64,000 nt of DNA from the human T2T-CHM13v2.0 reference genome, Homo sapiens. The notes under the pieces were generated by a model, which worked only from the letters and a program-made list of their open reading frames with translations, was not told where the DNA came from and ran no database searches. This document shows, one piece after another, positions 34,480 through 55,452 of this stretch (positions within the stretch are counted from its first letter, which is position 1; each line of letters starts with the position of its first letter). The stretch lies in the NCBI RefSeq assembly GCF_009914755.1, contig NC_060930.1, one strand, 5' to 3'. Position numbers and translations under genes: made by a program.

Positions 34480-34660
34480 GAAATGACATTTATTAACCAC
34501 CTGCTGGCACTGTGTTGGACACTTTGCATGTGTTATCCCATTTAACCCTCATGATTTCCTAATGTGATAGCTAATACCTTCCCTCCCTCCCATTTTAGAG
34601 ATGAGAAAATTGTGGCTCAGAGAAGTTAGGCACCTTGCCCAAGGTCACACTGTTCTTAAT
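34480..34660 (-). mobile_element. MIR
   Basis: CCCATTTTAGAGATGAGAAAATTGTGGCTCAGAGAAGTTAG..ACCTTGCCCAAGGTCACAC. Confidence 0.82.
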
Positions 34661-34679
34661 GTGCAGAATGTTACAGGTA

Positions 34680-35780
<1,101 letters not shown>

Positions 35781-36539
35781 ATATATATCATTTTAAAAGA
35801 TGCAGGTCTAAGATTCGGGTAGCTCAGTTAACTCCGGCTGTGCATCCTGGCAGGAAGTGGGGCTGGGGAGGCCGACCCTGCCCACTATCCCTTTGAAGGC
35901 ACACGTCCTGAGTCTTTGCTCAGGGACAGGGGTGTGAGCTTCCAGTCCCCAGCAGCACACCCTGCTAGCAGCTCTGCTTCCTGTGTCCACCCGGCAACTC
36001 GTGGGTAGGGGCACGTTTTCTCCAAGCCGCCCCTGGTTTTGAATTGGGTGGGGTGAGTTCAATAAGACCTTCTTAGGCTTCCCGGGAGGAGGCCTGGGGA
36101 TGGCAGGAGGCTGGGAGGCCGGGAGAGAGACATTTCTGTGCATTTTGATGGGCCCTGAAGAGCATTCTCCCTGAGTGCTCAATGATATGCCAGAGCATGT
36201 CTCAAATGCGGAGGATGGGGAGGCCGGCTCCCTGGCAGATCTTCATGGAGAAGCTGACTCCAGCCGGCTTGTGTGCCCGTCCCAGAGGAGCGGAAACAGA
36301 GCCGAAGCCCACACCCCCAGGGCCCAGGCCCAGCCCTTCCAAGTCCGGAGCTCACCCAGCCTGCCCCTCGGCTCCTTCATCCTCCTCCAGACCCCGTCCC
36401 TTCTTCTGTCTCTGCATTTCCCATCCTCTCCGCCCCTCCCTGTGCTGCTCTGTCTCCACCTCCCTGCCCCTGTCTCTCCATCTCCATCTCTCATTTCTCC
36501 CCCAGGCCCCCTGCTCCCCGCTTCCCCGGGCTGTGCTTC

Positions 36540-37090
36540 CTCTCTAGCCCAATATAAATAATAGAAATTAATTTGTCAGCCAGCACACGCAGCCCAGGCG
36601 GCGCAGTAGCGAGCTGAGGAGGAAAGCTGGTCGAAATAATTATTCTTGACTTACGAAATCATTCTTTTTATTCCTGAAGGCTAATGTGCGAGCAGCGCCG
36701 GGCCGGGCTGTGCTAATGGCGGACAGCGTGGGCCTGCGGAGGGCGCGCAGCCTCTTCTGTCCTCCTGTAATGAGCAGAGCCCCCACTCACAGCCCATCCC
36801 ACTCTTCATTTAAAAGGCAAATGAAGCGTGGAGAGGCACTCTCTCGGTTAATGCAGTCACAGGTGTGGTTTTAAACAGGATTTGTCCTCAGGAGCACTCC
36901 CTCTGTCCCGAAGTTCCCGTCTCAGAGCGCGCGCTCTCCCCAGGTCAGCTCCAGGCAGGTGTGGGGAGGAAGCCCCTCCGCAAGGGGAAGGAGCCGATGG
37001 TTACCGAGGCTCTGCCGTAGGCCAGGCACTGTGCCACGCACGCGACTCGCGAGCACGCGTTGAATCCTTGCAAACATCCCGGGAATGAAG
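36540..37090. promoter_or_regulatory. CpG-rich unique block with homeodomain/TATA-like motifs; candidate enhancer or weak promoter
   Basis: Most CpG-dense non-Alu segment by eye; TATAAATA 36553-36560, AATTAATT-TGTCA, several TAATG. Confidence 0.5.
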
Positions 37091-37247
37091 TCGGACAATT
37101 ATTCCCACTTTTCCCAAGAGAAAACTGAGAGCATAAGCAACTTGTGCAAGCTCAAAGGGAAGAATCACCAGTGACCAAGGGAGATCTACAAACTCTCTCG
37201 CCCCGCAAGAGGGTGGAGGGAGAGGGAGGCGGTGGGGGGTTGAGGAG

Positions 37248-37700
37248 TGTATCAGTCAGTCCTGGCAGGGAACACAGGAAACACGCCAAGGTTTCATTGA
37301 AGGGGCATAAATGAAGAGGCTATTTACAGAGGTGGGGGGCAGCTTTAAGGAAACTATGATAAAGCACCCAGGGTGGCTACCATCCCAGGAGGAGAGGGAA
37401 AGGGCGGGAGCTGTGGCCATGGGAGCTGGCAGCCCCCGCAACAGGAGCTGCAGCCTACAGCCTTGGTAGAGAAATGTAGCCGCTGCCCAAACTGCCGCCT
37501 GGCAGCGAGGGAGGGGGTGGATAGACGCCCTGGGCTTTATCTCCTCCTGCCTTCAGATCTACAGCAGTGCCTCCCATTGCCTGCATCCAATTAAAAGCCA
37601 GAGGGCAAGAGAGTCCAGTGATGCAGTCGTAGAGGTCAGCCTTCCAGGCACAAAGCAAAGTGGAGGACAGAAACCAGCACCAGATGAGATGTTCTCCTGG
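37248..37700 (-). mobile_element. LTR33-family LTR
   Basis: TGTATCAGTCAGTCCTGGCAGG...CTATTTACAGAGGTG...AAGCCAGAGGGCAAGAGAG.CCAGTGATGCAGTC.TAGAGGTCAGCCT. Confidence 0.72.
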
Positions 37701-38299
37701 AAGCTTTGGGAAAGGCCATCTCAGTCCCATAGAGACTGGAGACTTTAGGAAGAGAGAGCCCCCAGTCTTGGAAAAACAATTCCTAATAGGAGAGACACCA
37801 GTTCCTGTTCATAAGAGGTACCAAGTTGGGCGTCCTTGGACCCAGACATAAGCTGGGGAGCCAGAGAAACCTGGATGGAACAGGGACCCTAAGAAGTGGC
37901 TGAATAACCACCAGGAGAGAGGGAGTGGCTTCCTGAACAGGAGCTGACCTGCAAGACCGGAAGAGGGAGGAGGAGAGGAGCTGGCTGAGTGATGAACAGG
38001 GGCCAGCACTGAAGTACTGGGAAGAGATGAGGGGCTACAGCGTTGGTGGCAGGGGAGCGCAGAGCCTGCATAAAAGCATCCAGGTAGGAAAAGGTGTCTG
38101 GAGAGGTGGGCAGGCAGGGACGGGGGACCCAGGATGACTCCTGGGTCTACCCAGCAGGAGGCTGAGGTCATGAGTGAGCTGTGGGCTGAGTGAATCCGTC
38201 TCCCTGCTTCATTTTGGAGGTGAGGCAATGTGGCCAGAAAAGGCTATGATTACCCCAAGCCCACATGGGAACGGCTGGGTGGGCTGCCAAGCCGGCGAG

Positions 38300-38880
38300 G
38301 TGAGTGGCAAGGCCTATGGCTGGAGTGCCCAGCTGGCCTCCCTGCTGCATCTGCGGCCCCTCATCCCATCCATCTTCCTCCCACACAGCAGCCACCGGGA
38401 TCTTTCCAAAACACGAGCCCGATCACGTCACTCACACTTGAGCCCACTGGATGCTCTCCACTGCACGGATCAAGTCTAAAGTCCTTCACTCCTTCCAAGG
38501 CTGACAGGAGGGCCATCAGCCCCCCTACACTTCCCCGTATTGAATCATAGCGTCTTATGTCTGCGCCTTGTGCAAGTTCCCTCAACTTGAAATTCTCCTG
38601 CCTGCCCACTCGGGCCCCATCTGGCGCCCAGCCTCGCTGTACTGTCACTTCCCTCGGGATCCTTTCCCAACACTCCTCTGCCTTTCTAGTTCTCCCGTTA
38701 TAAAACTTACCAGGAGACAAAGGCACCTGTCTGTGTTCTTATCTTTGTCTCCCTGACTGTAAACCCCAGGAAGGCAGTAACTTTGGCTGGGTTGTTGTTA
38801 CAACCTCACTGCTCAGCAAACGCACAGTGCCTGGCACTTAGTAGGTGCTGCATGTACGTGTTATAATCCATTCAAGGGAA
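38300..38880 (+). mobile_element. L2 3' region
   Basis: CTCCCACACAGCAGCCA..GGGATCTTTCCAAAAC...GACTGTAAACCCCAGGAAGGCAG...GCACAGTGCCTGGCACTTAGTAGGTGCT. Confidence 0.75.
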
Positions 38881-38950
38881 CAAGCGAGGAAAGCTTGATG
38901 TGTGCTGACATGGAGCCACCACCACGACACACTGTCAAGAATTCAGGACA

Positions 38951-39842
<892 letters not shown>

Positions 39843-40027
39843 TCACCCTAGTTGAGATGCCCAGGTTGTCCCAGGTGCCATCCCAGATCTGAGGTGGACC
39901 CTAGGGGTTGGTGCAGACAGCAGCCAAGTGAGTCTTCCCTAAGTGAGGAGGGTCTGGTAGAGCTGTCTCGGGGCTCAGAAGAAAGGCAGGGAAGTGGGGC
40001 CTAGAGAGAGTGTCATTTACCTCCCTG

Positions 40028-40089
40028 CTCCACTGTACAGATCAAGTCTAAAGTCCTTCACTCCTGCCAAGGCTGACAGGAGGGCCATC
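40028..40089 (+). repeat. 62-bp copy of 38456-38517
   Basis: 59/62 identical by manual alignment, no gaps. Confidence 0.92.
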
Positions 40090-40198
40090 CTGCTGGCTCT
40101 CCACTTCCTCTGAGGACAGAGGGCTGGGAAGAAACTCAAACAGGAGGGATGGAAGTTAGATAGCAGAGAGAACTTCCCAGAAGTAAAGTTCTCAGATC

Positions 40199-40332
40199 AA
40201 TGGAATCACACTGTATGTGATTTTGTTGTGCCTGTTTACTTTCACTCAATACCATGTCTGTGAGATTCATCCATGTTGTTGCATGTGGTTACAGGAATTC
40301 TCTTCATTACTGAGTAGTACTTCATTGTATAA
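40199..40332 (+). repeat. 134-bp copy of 41738-41871 (L1M-derived)
   Basis: About 123/134 identical by manual alignment, no gaps. Confidence 0.92.
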
Positions 40333-41494
40333 TAAAGGAAAGGGCGGAGCTACGATTTGTTGGTGGTCTGTTCTCATGGTACCTCAGGGCTGGCTAGAGG
40401 GCAGGGACTCTGTTCTCTCTTTCCCACATAGTAGATGAACTGTGTGTGTTCTTTCCCTTGAACTGGGACTAATAATCATAGTTCTGCAGGGCATCACATC
40501 AAGTGCAAGCAGTCCACCTCTCCTTACTCCCCCCTCACTCCATTGCTGCCTCTTACCCCAGGTCTCCACTGCATTAACTTCTACCCTCTGCACTCCCAGC
40601 CAGCTACTAAACATGGGAAATTGTCTTAAAGCAAAAACCACATGGAAAATTGTACTGAAAGGGTTCAGCCCTTCTCAGGGTGGCCAGCAGAGGTCTGTGG
40701 GGTGGGGGAAGGGTAAGGAAGGTGGTGTCGTGGACACAGAAAAGGAAAGCTTCCAAGTTTCTTCTCCCCTGGGGAGCGATGTGGGGAAAGACAAAACTTT
40801 CGAAGGACTCCATACACCCCCATAACCAGCCCAGTGACTACACACATCTTCCTGTCTTCCTTCCCATACATGGGTACCCATGCTGATATGCCATGGCTTT
40901 GGTCACCAGATTAGCGGAGAAGCCCGTCCCCAAACCAAACTCCTACTCCAACCTAGGGAAGAGGAGGGCTGGCTCTAACACCAGCTCTCAGCTAACTCAC
41001 CAGGGGATCTTCTACAAGCTCCTCAACCCTCAGGACTTGTTTCCTCAGCAGTAAACTGCAGTAAACCCTGGAGGTTTGAACGAGATAAAGAGCCAGCAAG
41101 GGCCTCGAACACCACCTCTTCTTGAAAGAAATATGGCAGCTCATTCTTTGGATGGGGGCATGGGTGGTGCCATTTGTTCAGTGTGTCTGGAGAGAATCCC
41201 AGAGCACAAACCAGCATGCCCAGGGCAACATTCCTTACTGATGACTTAGGGGATGGTTGGGGAAAAAGGGCACCCACCTGCTCCTAGAAAGGGGCTGGAG
41301 TATGGAACAAGTAAGTGTCCATCCTGCCCTCTCTGAGAGCCACTGCTGTCCACCTGCTCAGCACTCCCTGCCCTTTTCTTAGGCAAAGCTTTCCTTTACC
41401 CATCCTGCTTCAGGTGGCCATGGCTGAGAGTGTGCACAGGGGATCTGGGGGAGCAGCAAGACACATGTAACACCCTGGGAAACATTACCATTAT

Positions 41495-42945
<1,451 letters not shown>

Positions 42946-43269
42946 ATTCATTATTTTGAGACACATTTCTGACTTTTAAAATAAATGGCAACATACCATT
43001 TCCACCTCCTTCCACTGGGTTGTGCCATGCTGGGATGAGATTACTACAACACTACATCATGAACGTATCTGTGGGAGAAGAGGACAGCCTCAGGACCCCC
43101 TGGACGGGCCCTAGAAGCCTCCAAATACAGTCTTGGGTCTTCATGCCATGCATGGCACAGCTGAAGCCCTGACCAAGGTCTTCGCCATGAACCTAGGGGT
43201 GGGGAAAAGCAGAAAGGGTTTCTAAACCCGCTAGCCTGTACCTAGCCTGGATTTTATGTATGGCACAGA

Positions 43270-43560
43270 TTTAGTTTACAGATGAGGAAACGGGTTTGGG
43301 GAGGTGGAGTGACCTGGGTTCAAACCATGGCTCTGCCAGCTGTTAACTGTGTGGACTCAGACAAGTTTAACTAAGTTCTCTGACCCTCCATTCCCTCACC
43401 TAGAAAAATGGGGATAATAATATTTACCTCGCAGTGTTGTCAGGAGAATTAAATAACAGATGTAAATCACCTTGCATAGCACTTGGTGTCTATAATAATG
43501 GTTTCTTTTTCTTGTTTGTTTTCTGCTCAAGGTCACATAGCTAGTAAGCTGAAAAACTCA
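43270..43560. mobile_element. MIR (+) nested in MIR (-)
   Basis: TTACAGATGAGGAAAC, then GACCTGGGTTCAAAC..GGCTCTGCCA..AAAATGGGGATAATAAT, then CAAGGTCACATAGCTAGTAAG. Confidence 0.65.
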
Positions 43561-44863
43561 GAAACAGAGCTTTTGAAGGGAAGGAGGAAAGAGTAAAAAG
43601 GAACAGTTTGGGGTGCCAAATTAGGGACTATGACAATGCTTTGTGTCTTTATACCTCTAGTATCCCCCATAATGCCTGGCATACAGGGGCCACTCAATAC
43701 ATGCTTATTGAAGGTTTGAATGGATAAGTGAACAAATAGATCCAGAAATTCACACTAAGATTGCTTTCAAGCCTTGATTTAGACTGGCTACCAAGTGGGA
43801 TTTATTGGGATGGAGAAACCAGCTTGGGGACAATGGGGTTGCTGGGTATCAGTAATGAATGATCCGCTGACAGGCTCTCACCTCAGCCAGGAGGGTTTGG
43901 GCCCAGTAGACAATCAGGTTGAGTTAGAGAGTACATGTCAGGGAGCAGGGAGAAAGGGGCTGCTGGAAAGAGAAAGAGGACTTGGGAGCAGGTGCCTAAG
44001 GGAGGGTAGGGGAACCATTTGGTCAAGGAATGGAAGTCTCGCTGGGACTATCAAATGTAGAGGCTCTGGGGGCTGGGCATAGTGGCTGGATCAAGAGGTC
44101 AGCCAGGGCACCTGGGAGATAACACTGCCATCCCTGTTCTCCTGTAGACCCAGGGGCTGGACAAGCAAGTTTGCAAAGAATATGCAGCAGCCAGGCAGGG
44201 GAGCCACTCTGGGATTCCTGCCCCCGCCTCCAGAAGGCGGGGTTTGTTCTCCAGCTCATTCATTCTTTGGGATGACTCATTACTGAGTTGTCATGTTGTC
44301 ATCGAGTGCAGAGTTACAGGGAGGAGGGGCAGCCTGTCTCGCCCATCTGTGCACAGGCAGTCCTGGCAGCACTGCAACTGGAGAGTTCCCAGGCTGGCCA
44401 CATGGGGGCGGGGGGAGCCAGGCCTGACATCCTGGCCATCTGGGCGACTCCAGTTCTGGGAAGAGCACTGGACTGGGAGTCAGGGGCCTGACTTCCTGGG
44501 CCTCCTACACCCTGGCCACCCTCTGTGCCTCAGCTAATTCCAAAACAGAAATGATGATACCTCTCCTGCCTAAAACCAGGACGTCTCATCCCTCATTTGT
44601 GTTTATACCTTAATTTGTGTGTCAGAGAAATCTCCCTGGTAGTTAGCCATACTCCAGTTTTGTTCGCCCGGAGGACTTAGGGCAACTAGTTTTCTTGAGA
44701 TTACATCTTGCAGATCCATCCCAGGTGCAGATAGGGGATGAGAGAACACTGCGGTGCCAGGCAGGCCCTGTGCGAAATGTTTCGCTCTCACCAACCCTGT
44801 AGCCCTCACAATCACCTTTTAGGATGGACTTGAGAATGAGGGGCATCTTTTCTGTTTGTTAAC

Positions 44864-45190
<327 letters not shown>

Positions 45191-46359
45191 TAACTTTTAT
45201 ATTGGGCTATAACTTACATGTTAGTAAAGTGCCCTTATCTTAAGTGCACATACAGCCGGATGAATCTTTAAATGTATGTACACCTGTGTAACCGCCCTCC
45301 ACATCAAGATACAGAGCATTTCCAGCATCCCCTATGCTTTGCCCCAGTCAAGGCTGCCCTGTAGGTAACCTGTATTCCTACCTCAAAATAGTATTTTTGC
45401 CCATTACATAGATGAGGATACTGAGGCTCAGATATGTACAGATGGATACTGATGCTCACGATAAACTGCTGTGCCCAAAGCCACATAGCTAGAAATACTA
45501 CTGTTAATGCTTTTGGAGGCAGAGGGTGGTGGGAGAACTTGAAAGAGGATGTAAGACTGCTGGAACCAAGACTTCCCATTCAGCAGCTGTCCAGCATCAT
45601 CTGCGCATCCTTGCACCCTCGATCTTCAGCACCCACACTTCTCATTGCACCCAGCTTTAGGCAGGAAATGCTTTTGCCTCTGCTGGCCTAGGCTACACCC
45701 TCCCTGGCTCTCTGCTTCTTGTCCCTGCTGGTGCCAGAGTGCCTCCCCTTGACTGGAGGGTCCCCTCAGGAGAACAGAACCCTGCCCAATCCCAAAGGGT
45801 TAAGCCTGAAAGCCTTTACTGAAGAAGTGATTGAGGCTAAATTCTAGGAGCGAAATGCAGCAGTTTCCTATTCGCAGCTGATAAGCCCTCTCCATAGCCC
45901 AGCACTGGGCCACCTTGGAGTGCTGCTGCAAACTGTCTTGTCACGAGGAAACTATGCTCCCTCCCAGGTCCTCCCTGGGGGCCTGGCTGAACCCGGGCTA
46001 CAGGATTCTGCCTCTTGAAGCTGTTGCCCAAGAAGTGACCTAAGTCCTTCTAGGAGACTTACCCCAACCTCTTCCTCTACAACTAGTGACATCACGCGTA
46101 TTTGCCAGCCCCTCAAGGAGAGATAATCCACCCCTGTGGGACCTGACTCAGTATGTGCATTTTGATGCACAAGTTCCTGTTGATCTTGACCTCAGAACTC
46201 TCCTATCTCCAACTCCTAGCATACTCTACCCTCTCTTTAAAAAGTTGTAAATACCTTGCCCTATCCTTTTGATTAGAAGTGTCTCATAGAGATGGGCTTG
46301 AGTCCCAGCTTTGGCGAATTCTCCACTGTGTGGCCTTAGCTAGGTTACCTAACCTCTCT

Positions 46360-47547
<1,188 letters not shown>

Positions 47548-48034
47548 CCTGTAAGTCTCAGTTTCTTGGTCTGTAAAATGGAGATAACATTTTAAGAGTA
47601 ATTCTCTGAGGAGGATCAAGGAGGGTAACATACAAAAAGAGCATGGCATTCATAGCATGTGCTAATAAATACCTGTCCTCTCTCCCCACCCCAATGTCTG
47701 TACTCATTCAGTACAGCACTGAGCATCTGCTGTGTGTGCAACACCATGCTGAGCACTGGGAATACAGAAATAGAAGGTACAGTCATGACCCTCAAGCAGT
47801 GCCCAGGCCATGGGAGTCAGACTGGCAAACTGTCAATATAACAGAGAATACAATTACACACACACTTAAGAATGTTTGTTAGAACTCTGCTTGCAAGCAA
47901 TAGAAACTAACTTAAGGACAAAGAGGGAAATGTGTTATTATAAAGACAGAGGAGTGTCTTGTGGAATCCAAAGATACCATCACAACTTGGCCCCAAAATA
48001 CATAGTCTTTGCCCAAAATGAGCTTAGATTATAG

Positions 48035-49250
<1,216 letters not shown>

Positions 49251-49435
49251 GCACTGTTCTTTCTCACCCTCATCAGGTTACAGAGATTTTACTGTGTGTC
49301 CCAAAGTGAGTGTTTGAGCCTTGGCCCTGACCCCACATGCATGCACAGCAGGACTCGGGTGTGTGCCATTTTCTATTTGGCTTCTAGCCCAGGCTCAATC
49401 ACAGAAAACTGTCTGGGATAAAATGCCTGACCCTA

Positions 49436-49739
49436 GGCCGGGTACGGTGGCTCACGCCTGTAATCCCAGCACTTTGGGAGGCTGAGGCAGGCGGATCATG
49501 AGGTCAGGAGATCGAGACCAGCCTGGCCAACATGGTGAAACCCTGTCTCTACTAAAATTACAAAAATTAGCCAGGCATGGTAGCACATGCCTGTAATCCC
49601 AGCTACTCAGGAGGCTGAGGCAGGAGAATCGCTTGAACCAGGGAGTCGGAGGTTTCAGTGAGCCAAGATCACACCACTGCACCCCAGCCTGGTGACAGAG
49701 CGAGACTCCGTCTCAAAAAAAAAAAAAAAAAGAAAAAAA
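49436..49739 (+). mobile_element. AluS (Sc/Sg-like)
   Basis: Full dimer with poly-A; degraded TSD AAAATGCC. Confidence 0.93.
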
Positions 49740-49954
49740 ATGCCCGGTCCTGGCTACATGAGGTCTCTATCAGCCCTTACTTCAGGGCCAACCATACCCA
49801 GGCCAAATTGTCCCAAACCCTTTTGCCTTCTCCCTTGTCTGCTATAAAACCTGCTCTGGTGAAAGTAGTTGAAACTCATTCTCACAAGGATGTAAATGAC
49901 TGAGAAGAGCTTAAAATACTATCCTGCATTTAATAATCCTTAAAACCCAATCCT

Positions 49955-50575
<621 letters not shown>

Positions 50576-52814
50576 ACTATCACTGTTCCAGCACTTTAGG
50601 TATATTAGCTCATTTGACCCTCACAATACCCCTATGAAGTAGGTACTATTATTGTTCCCATTAAATGCTCGAGGAAACAGGCACAAGGTGATCAACTCAG
50701 CTCCTGTGGCTCCTCTCAGTCTACCCTGGTCTCTGTTAGAGCCCCATTTTGATTCTCTTCTCCTTCCAACCCATTGCTTTCTTTCTTCATCAGTCAACCA
50801 TTGTACCTGGGCCTCGCGTTCTGCCTCCTGTTTCTGTCTGCCTCGCCTCCCCTCATCTGCTTAGAAAACACACATACACTTCCCCACTCTAGTCACTCAT
50901 CATTCATCACAGTCAAAGAGGGGGAGCTGGCACAGTGGCCAAGCTCTGTGCCATCAATAGAGTGCTAATGCCCCCATCTTGAAGGAGGCTGTTGGAGAGA
51001 AGGCTGGGGATATGGACACCTGCTACTGGTGGAGACCGGGTAGGAGGGCAGTGCCATGGTGGGCAGAGAGTCTTGCTTCATCCTATTTGTCCTAAAAGGG
51101 CTTTGCAGTAAAAATGGCATGGATTCAAACCTTAGCTCTCCAGCAAGGGTCTGGAAAATCTGGATTCCTTACACTCCTGCAATTATTCCTGACCCCGTCC
51201 TGGGACACGGTAGGGAGAGAGAGTCCATGAAGTTCACTTTGTATGCCAGGCCCAGCTCCTAAGGATGAGGCTCCATTTGGAGCTGGGAGGCTGGGACAAC
51301 CCAGGGAGGGCTGCGGCAGGAGGGAACAGGCAGGCAAGGGCCCAGGGAAACTGCGATACAAAGAGGGGTTCTGTAGAGGAGGTGGAGGAGTCACTGAGGG
51401 CAGAACTTCAGTCCTTGCCACTGCACTTTAAACCCACTCCTTTCCATCTGTCCTGAGAGGCTGGTGCACAGTGTCTACCGGTATGGAACGATCAAAGCGG
51501 CTCTTCTGTATACCTGGAAGGGATGAAGGCTGTATTTGAAAGTCACTGCCATGCTAACAGAGCGATGTGAAGATATGTGAAGTGCTCACCCATCTGTTCT
51601 ATCACTGGATTCTTTATCATCTGCATTAGGGTGTCCTAGCATGGCAGAATTAGCAGGAAAAAAATTAGTCCAAAGACTTAGCACAAGAGCGGTTGGATCT
51701 GGATCAGCACATTACAATAAGTTAATAAGCCCAGCAGCCGTGGGTCAAATAAACATCCTACTGACACAAAGCTGGTTGATGGACAATTCTCCAGATTGAG
51801 TGTACTTTTGGACCATGGCTTTTTACTGACTTCCCAAAATCAGAAATTCTGCCAGGAACAGACTTTGGCAAGAGGCAGAAATACAGCCGAACACATACAC
51901 ACAAATCAGATTATGAGGAATTACAAAGGTGGGAGGTGGGATTTTAATTATTTTGTGATAGCGAATCCAGTAGGAGGTGGGGGTGCCTCCCCATCCCCTT
52001 TCCCTGCTCCTGTTGTATGTCTAGGCTCAGGCTTTGTCCTGTGATTATAAACATGTTCTTTGATTTCCTCTGCGTAAACTGGAATGTTCTGGCCAGGCCT
52101 TCTTCTGGACCACATAAAAGCTTTAGGAGATGTATAAATAGAGTTAAAGTCACAGGATCGTTTCCCCACAGTTTGTTCTCTAAATTGAGAAGGCTAAAGT
52201 GAGAGGTGAAAGGACACAGGGGATGGGGACTCGCCTCTGTCCTCCCTCTCCCTGGGCAAATTCATTGTCATTGCCTCTGTCACCAGGACTTTGAACCCTG
52301 GGAGATAATGCTCCTCGTGCTTCCTGGCTTTCTCTTGTCCCAGCTCGAGGAAGCAGAATGTGGAAGTTTTCCACCAGCCCTTGCCCTGCCCTGCCCCTTC
52401 TGGGCGCGTGGGCAGTTGAATACTAGAAAGATATCGACAAATTCTAATAGCCCACTCAGTCAGAAGTGTTGAGGCCCTACTTCTGTTGGAAAATAGCCTC
52501 CTACTTGGAATTTCCTTCTTTCAGAAATCTCCTCTTGGCAAGAAATTTCTTTCTCCTTGGAGAATCTCAATGTATTGAAACCTCCTTCACCTGGGGCATC
52601 TCTGCTAATGGAGAATCCCAAAGGAATCTCCTTTCTTAGCTTTTTGGTTCTTGAGGCTGAGCTGGGTACGTTGCGGGACTGGAGTGGGAGAGGGTGGAGG
52701 AGGCTGCTGGAGGGAAGAGTTCCTGGTGTTTAGTCCAAAGGCTTAGATGGCCATTTATTACTTATGTTAGAACAATGTTGATAGATTTTAGATGCCATCT
52801 TGGGGGCAGGCTAG

Positions 52815-53707
<893 letters not shown>

Positions 53708-54725
53708 TTACAGCCCTAACCAGAGACAAATACAGCAGCATTAATTTAATTTTATTTACATTTCAGAGTCATTTAGAGGGAATAAATTGAACCAAAGTTG
53801 ATTGAAAGTGTCCTACAGGATGGCCCCTGAGCTTCCTCAGGCTACTGGGCTTTGATAAATGATGGCAGCAGCCTCTGCCCAGAGCACCAGCCCCCCTTGA
53901 AGGCAGGAGGGAGAGAAGCCAGGGAGGGGCAGCCCACTCCAGGCAGCCAGCACGGGGGCCCAGCCCCCTCTCCCTTCAGCACCCTCCACCGACTCCTTAA
54001 ACAATTTGTCCTCTCTCTGCTCCAGTTGTCCTCACAGGCCCAGGACCTCTTCGTCCACCCACACCTGCCAGCCATCCTTTAATTAGATCCAAATAGGACA
54101 CGCACTAATTGAGCTCTGACCATGTGTTCTGACACTTTGCTAAGTTCTGGGGCTACAGAGATGAACAAGCCAAACTTCATGGACTTTGGAGTCAGGATTC
54201 AACTTCCAGCGTCACCAGTTATGAGTTTTGTGATCAGGGCAAGTAATTTAAACTTTCTGGGTCTCAGTTTCTTCATCTCTAAAATGGAACAAAAGCAGGA
54301 CATAAAAAGTGTGCTATGTTTTAAGAAGCGGATGTGGTTCCTCCTACCTCCTGAGTAGATGTTTCTTTCATTTAGGAAAACACCTTGATGAGTCTTCATA
54401 GAAGATTTTGGTGAGAAAGAGGACAGACTGTGGGCCCAAGCTGGAAGAGAAGACCAGGCTAAGAGGAACTGAATTGCTTTGCATAGCAAAGGAGCAGGGT
54501 AGGAGGCCCAGAAAGGAGAAGAAGAGAGAAAAGCCCAGGGTTCCCAGCTGATAGCACTGACTGGATGCAGACCTCAGGAATGTTGGTTGGAGCTGAATAT
54601 GGCTGTCCTTGTTTCATGGAGCCTGGACCCCATGGTTCATCCTAGTCCCTCCTTGAACCCATCCACTTTGGCTGCTTTTCTGTCCCAGGTAGGATTTAGA
54701 ATTTGTGATCCTCACTGGGCCTAGA

Positions 54726-54754
54726 GTGCAATCACGTGCAATCACGTGCAATCA
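54726..54754 (+). repeat. (GTGCAATCAC)x~3
   Basis: Direct reading. Confidence 0.9.
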
Positions 54755-54849
54755 TATGATCAAGAAGGAACCTAGGAGAGACCCCCTCCAATGACAGAGA
54801 ATGGCCAATACCTTTGAGTGCCTGCTCTGTGTTCTAAGAACAGGCAACA

Positions 54850-55445
<596 letters not shown>

Positions 55446-55452
55446 AAAAATT

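Noticed and set aside
36553-36560. CCAAT plus TATAAATA as a canonical promoter
   Set aside because: The two motifs overlap instead of lying tens of bp apart; kept only as part of the CpG-rich candidate element
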